NCBI GenBank assembly: GCA_049999805.1
Contig: JBNGIO010006345.1
Span: forward strand, 1 to 64,000
Origin: Folioceros fuciformis
Lineage: Eukaryota
Direction: 5' to 3'
DNA: 64,000 nucleotides
This document shows, one piece after another, positions 62,001 to 64,000 of the stretch (positions within the stretch are counted from its first letter, which is position 1; every line of letters begins with the position of its first letter). The position numbers and the translations under genes were made by a program. A model generated the notes under the pieces. It worked only from the letters and a program-made list of their open reading frames with translations. It searched no databases and was not told the DNA's origin.

Positions 62001-62321
62001 ATGCCTGCACTGCCTGATGCTGCCATCGTATGGCATACTCTGCTCGGTGCTTGTCAAAACTGGAGCAATGTGGAGATCGGACGGTTTGCTTTCGACCAAG
62101 CACTGAAGCTACAAGAGAAGGACGCTGCAGCACACGTGTTGATGTCCAATATCTACACAGGCGCTGAGATGTGGGAGGAGGCACAGGAGTTGCAGGCAAG
62201 GAGAATAAGCATCGGGGCATGGAAGCAGCCGGGCCAGAGCTGGTGGACAGACACGGACGGCGTGGTGCATAAGTTTCTGGTCGGGGACAAGATGATCCCC
62301 CGTGTCTTCAAGCAAGGGTGA
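62001..62321 (+). pseudogene. Isolated PPR E1-E2-PG-box fragment of DYW:WW type, with no PPR tract and no deaminase core
   Basis: MPALPDAAIVWHTLLGACQ...HVLMSNIY...WKQPGQSWWTD..GVVHKFLVGDK followed by an early stop. No PLS repeats upstream and no HxE/CxxC seen downstream. Confidence 0.75.
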
Positions 62322-64000
62322 AGCAGGTCGGGGCACTGGTCAGGGAAGAAATCAGACTCACTGATCTCCAGATGACGAACTGCAAGCAGGAACCCTGTGG
62401 AGCCTCGCCACATGCCTGAACACGGCTAGCCGTGCTCAGGCATGCAAGAGAGGAACAAGTTTGTAGCACCGTCTTCTGGTGCAGGAGAGCTAACTGCAGC
62501 CATATGTTTGCACCGAGCTTAAATGTTGCAGGCGGAGCTCCTGCCAAACATGTTCCACCAAAGCTAGTTATGCTGCAGAATGAAAAGCAATGAACTGTTT
62601 ATCTTCACAAGTAAGACAGGCATGCAAGACCTTAGTCAGCTTCGAGGACGATATTGATCAGTGTCATACTTACTGTTGGCGGGAATGAGTATCAAAGGGC
62701 AGTTAGGGACAGTTGTATGAATCGAGTAAGGAGGCTATTGTCCTTGTTTTGTAAATATGTAGATCGTGTCTTCTCGTCGAGTTCGGAACCTGAGAAATTT
62801 AGTTGGGCGCATGATTTGGAGAAGGGCTAGGGCTACATTTGCGATTGGATAGGAGCTCTGGAATGTTTGCGGAAGTTGCTTGATATGTGTTCTTGATTGC
62901 AGTTCGAGCTCCCCTGCGATCGCCATTTTCAACAAGATGAGATGACGAATGAAGATGCAGGGGATAGTATGGATATATGGGCCAGTGCCCATACAGTACT
63001 ACTCTGGGGAGTGATTGTAGTCAAGATGCATGAGCTGTTGTGGCGTGTAAGTATAGAATTACGTTCACTGCACGACGGAGGTAAGAAGTAATTCCAAGGC
63101 AAAGGCAAAGGCAAATGTGTGCGTGGCGAGCAACAGAGACAAAGAGATGAGAGGACAGGTCCGATGTCAGCTAGTGCTCAATTGATGTGCCCGATGAGGG
63201 ACGCGCGGCAAATGAGTCACGTGCTGAACAAGACAGTAATAAATGCCTTTATTGATTGTGTAGCTGGTCCTCAGCGTTTCAGGTGGGTATTCAGAAGAGT
63301 AATCTAGGAGCACTTTTTGTAGCAGTCCCGAGTATAAGACCTACAGCTGCCCCACTGTGTGTCACACTGAGACCCAGAATTAAGGCCTCCCCCACATATG
63401 CGCCAGCTCACTCTCCGTCGTCTACATCGTCCCCAGCAACTCAATGGCCTGCACATGTATGCATACACGACACAAATTTCAACGGAATTGCAGAAAGAAT
63501 GGAACTCATGGCAGCATACAGTTTGCCATTGTCGGCGAGAGCAGCAACAAAAGAACTCAGGCACGGGCGCCAGTATCCAAACCACCGCGTCACTAGCCCA
63601 AGACACGTCCTTCCTCTTCACTATTTGCACATCGACACTGACGTCCTGAGGAATGTGAAACAGAGTACGCACCAACTCCCACACCGACTCCCACATCGAC
63701 GCCCACATCGACGCTCGCATCGACGTTCACGAGCTCGTCGACGCCCCCTACATCAACATCAACCCCGGGGCCGGATAAGACGGCCGGTAAGCCAGCAGAA
63801 CAGACGTGGAGATCAAGCAAATGGAAGTCAATCACAAAGTATGGCAGATATTCGTGCTTCTCAAGCGACATAGAGACATGGCGGCAGGCACAGCACTGGA
63901 AGGCACAAGGGACTGACCGAGCTTACGGCCTGGTCCGAAAGTTTGGACGCTCGCTGGGATACCGCCACTCGCCACGGCAGGCTGTGTGAAGCAGGAAAAC

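Noticed and set aside
63250-64000. Low-complexity ORFs / 3' part of a minus-strand gene
   Set aside because: Driven by short CCCACATCGAC-type repeats and truncated by the window edge; no product can be supported.

Overview
Eukaryotic, compact, gene-dense plant nuclear DNA with short (~85-330 nt) GT-AG introns and four N gaps. It is most likely a hornwort (Anthoceros-like); this is inferred from PLS-PPR genes ending in the DRH and GRP variants of the DYW domain. The left ~4 kb is a repeat mosaic. Host genes, left to right: HCF164, a cytochrome P450, an SCP-like phosphatase, an MCC1/NAA60-like acetyltransferase, an uncharacterised AsmA-like protein, a secreted DUF26/Gnk2-like protein, a LOG2/LUL RING ligase, PP2A B55, a J-domain protein, a BURP protein, MBS1, a 9-exon vasohibin-type tubulin carboxypeptidase (only fragments appear in the ORF track) and tRNA-Cys. 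The highlight is a cluster of four PPR-DYW:KP genes (candidate U-to-C RNA editors; C-termini DYH, DRH, DRH, GRP) plus an orphan DYW:WW-type E-domain fragment. One DRH protein carries an intact N-terminal OSB-type 'PDF' single-stranded-DNA-binding motif, and two paralogues carry decaying copies of it. All calls come from manual reading and recall of protein families; no searches were run.
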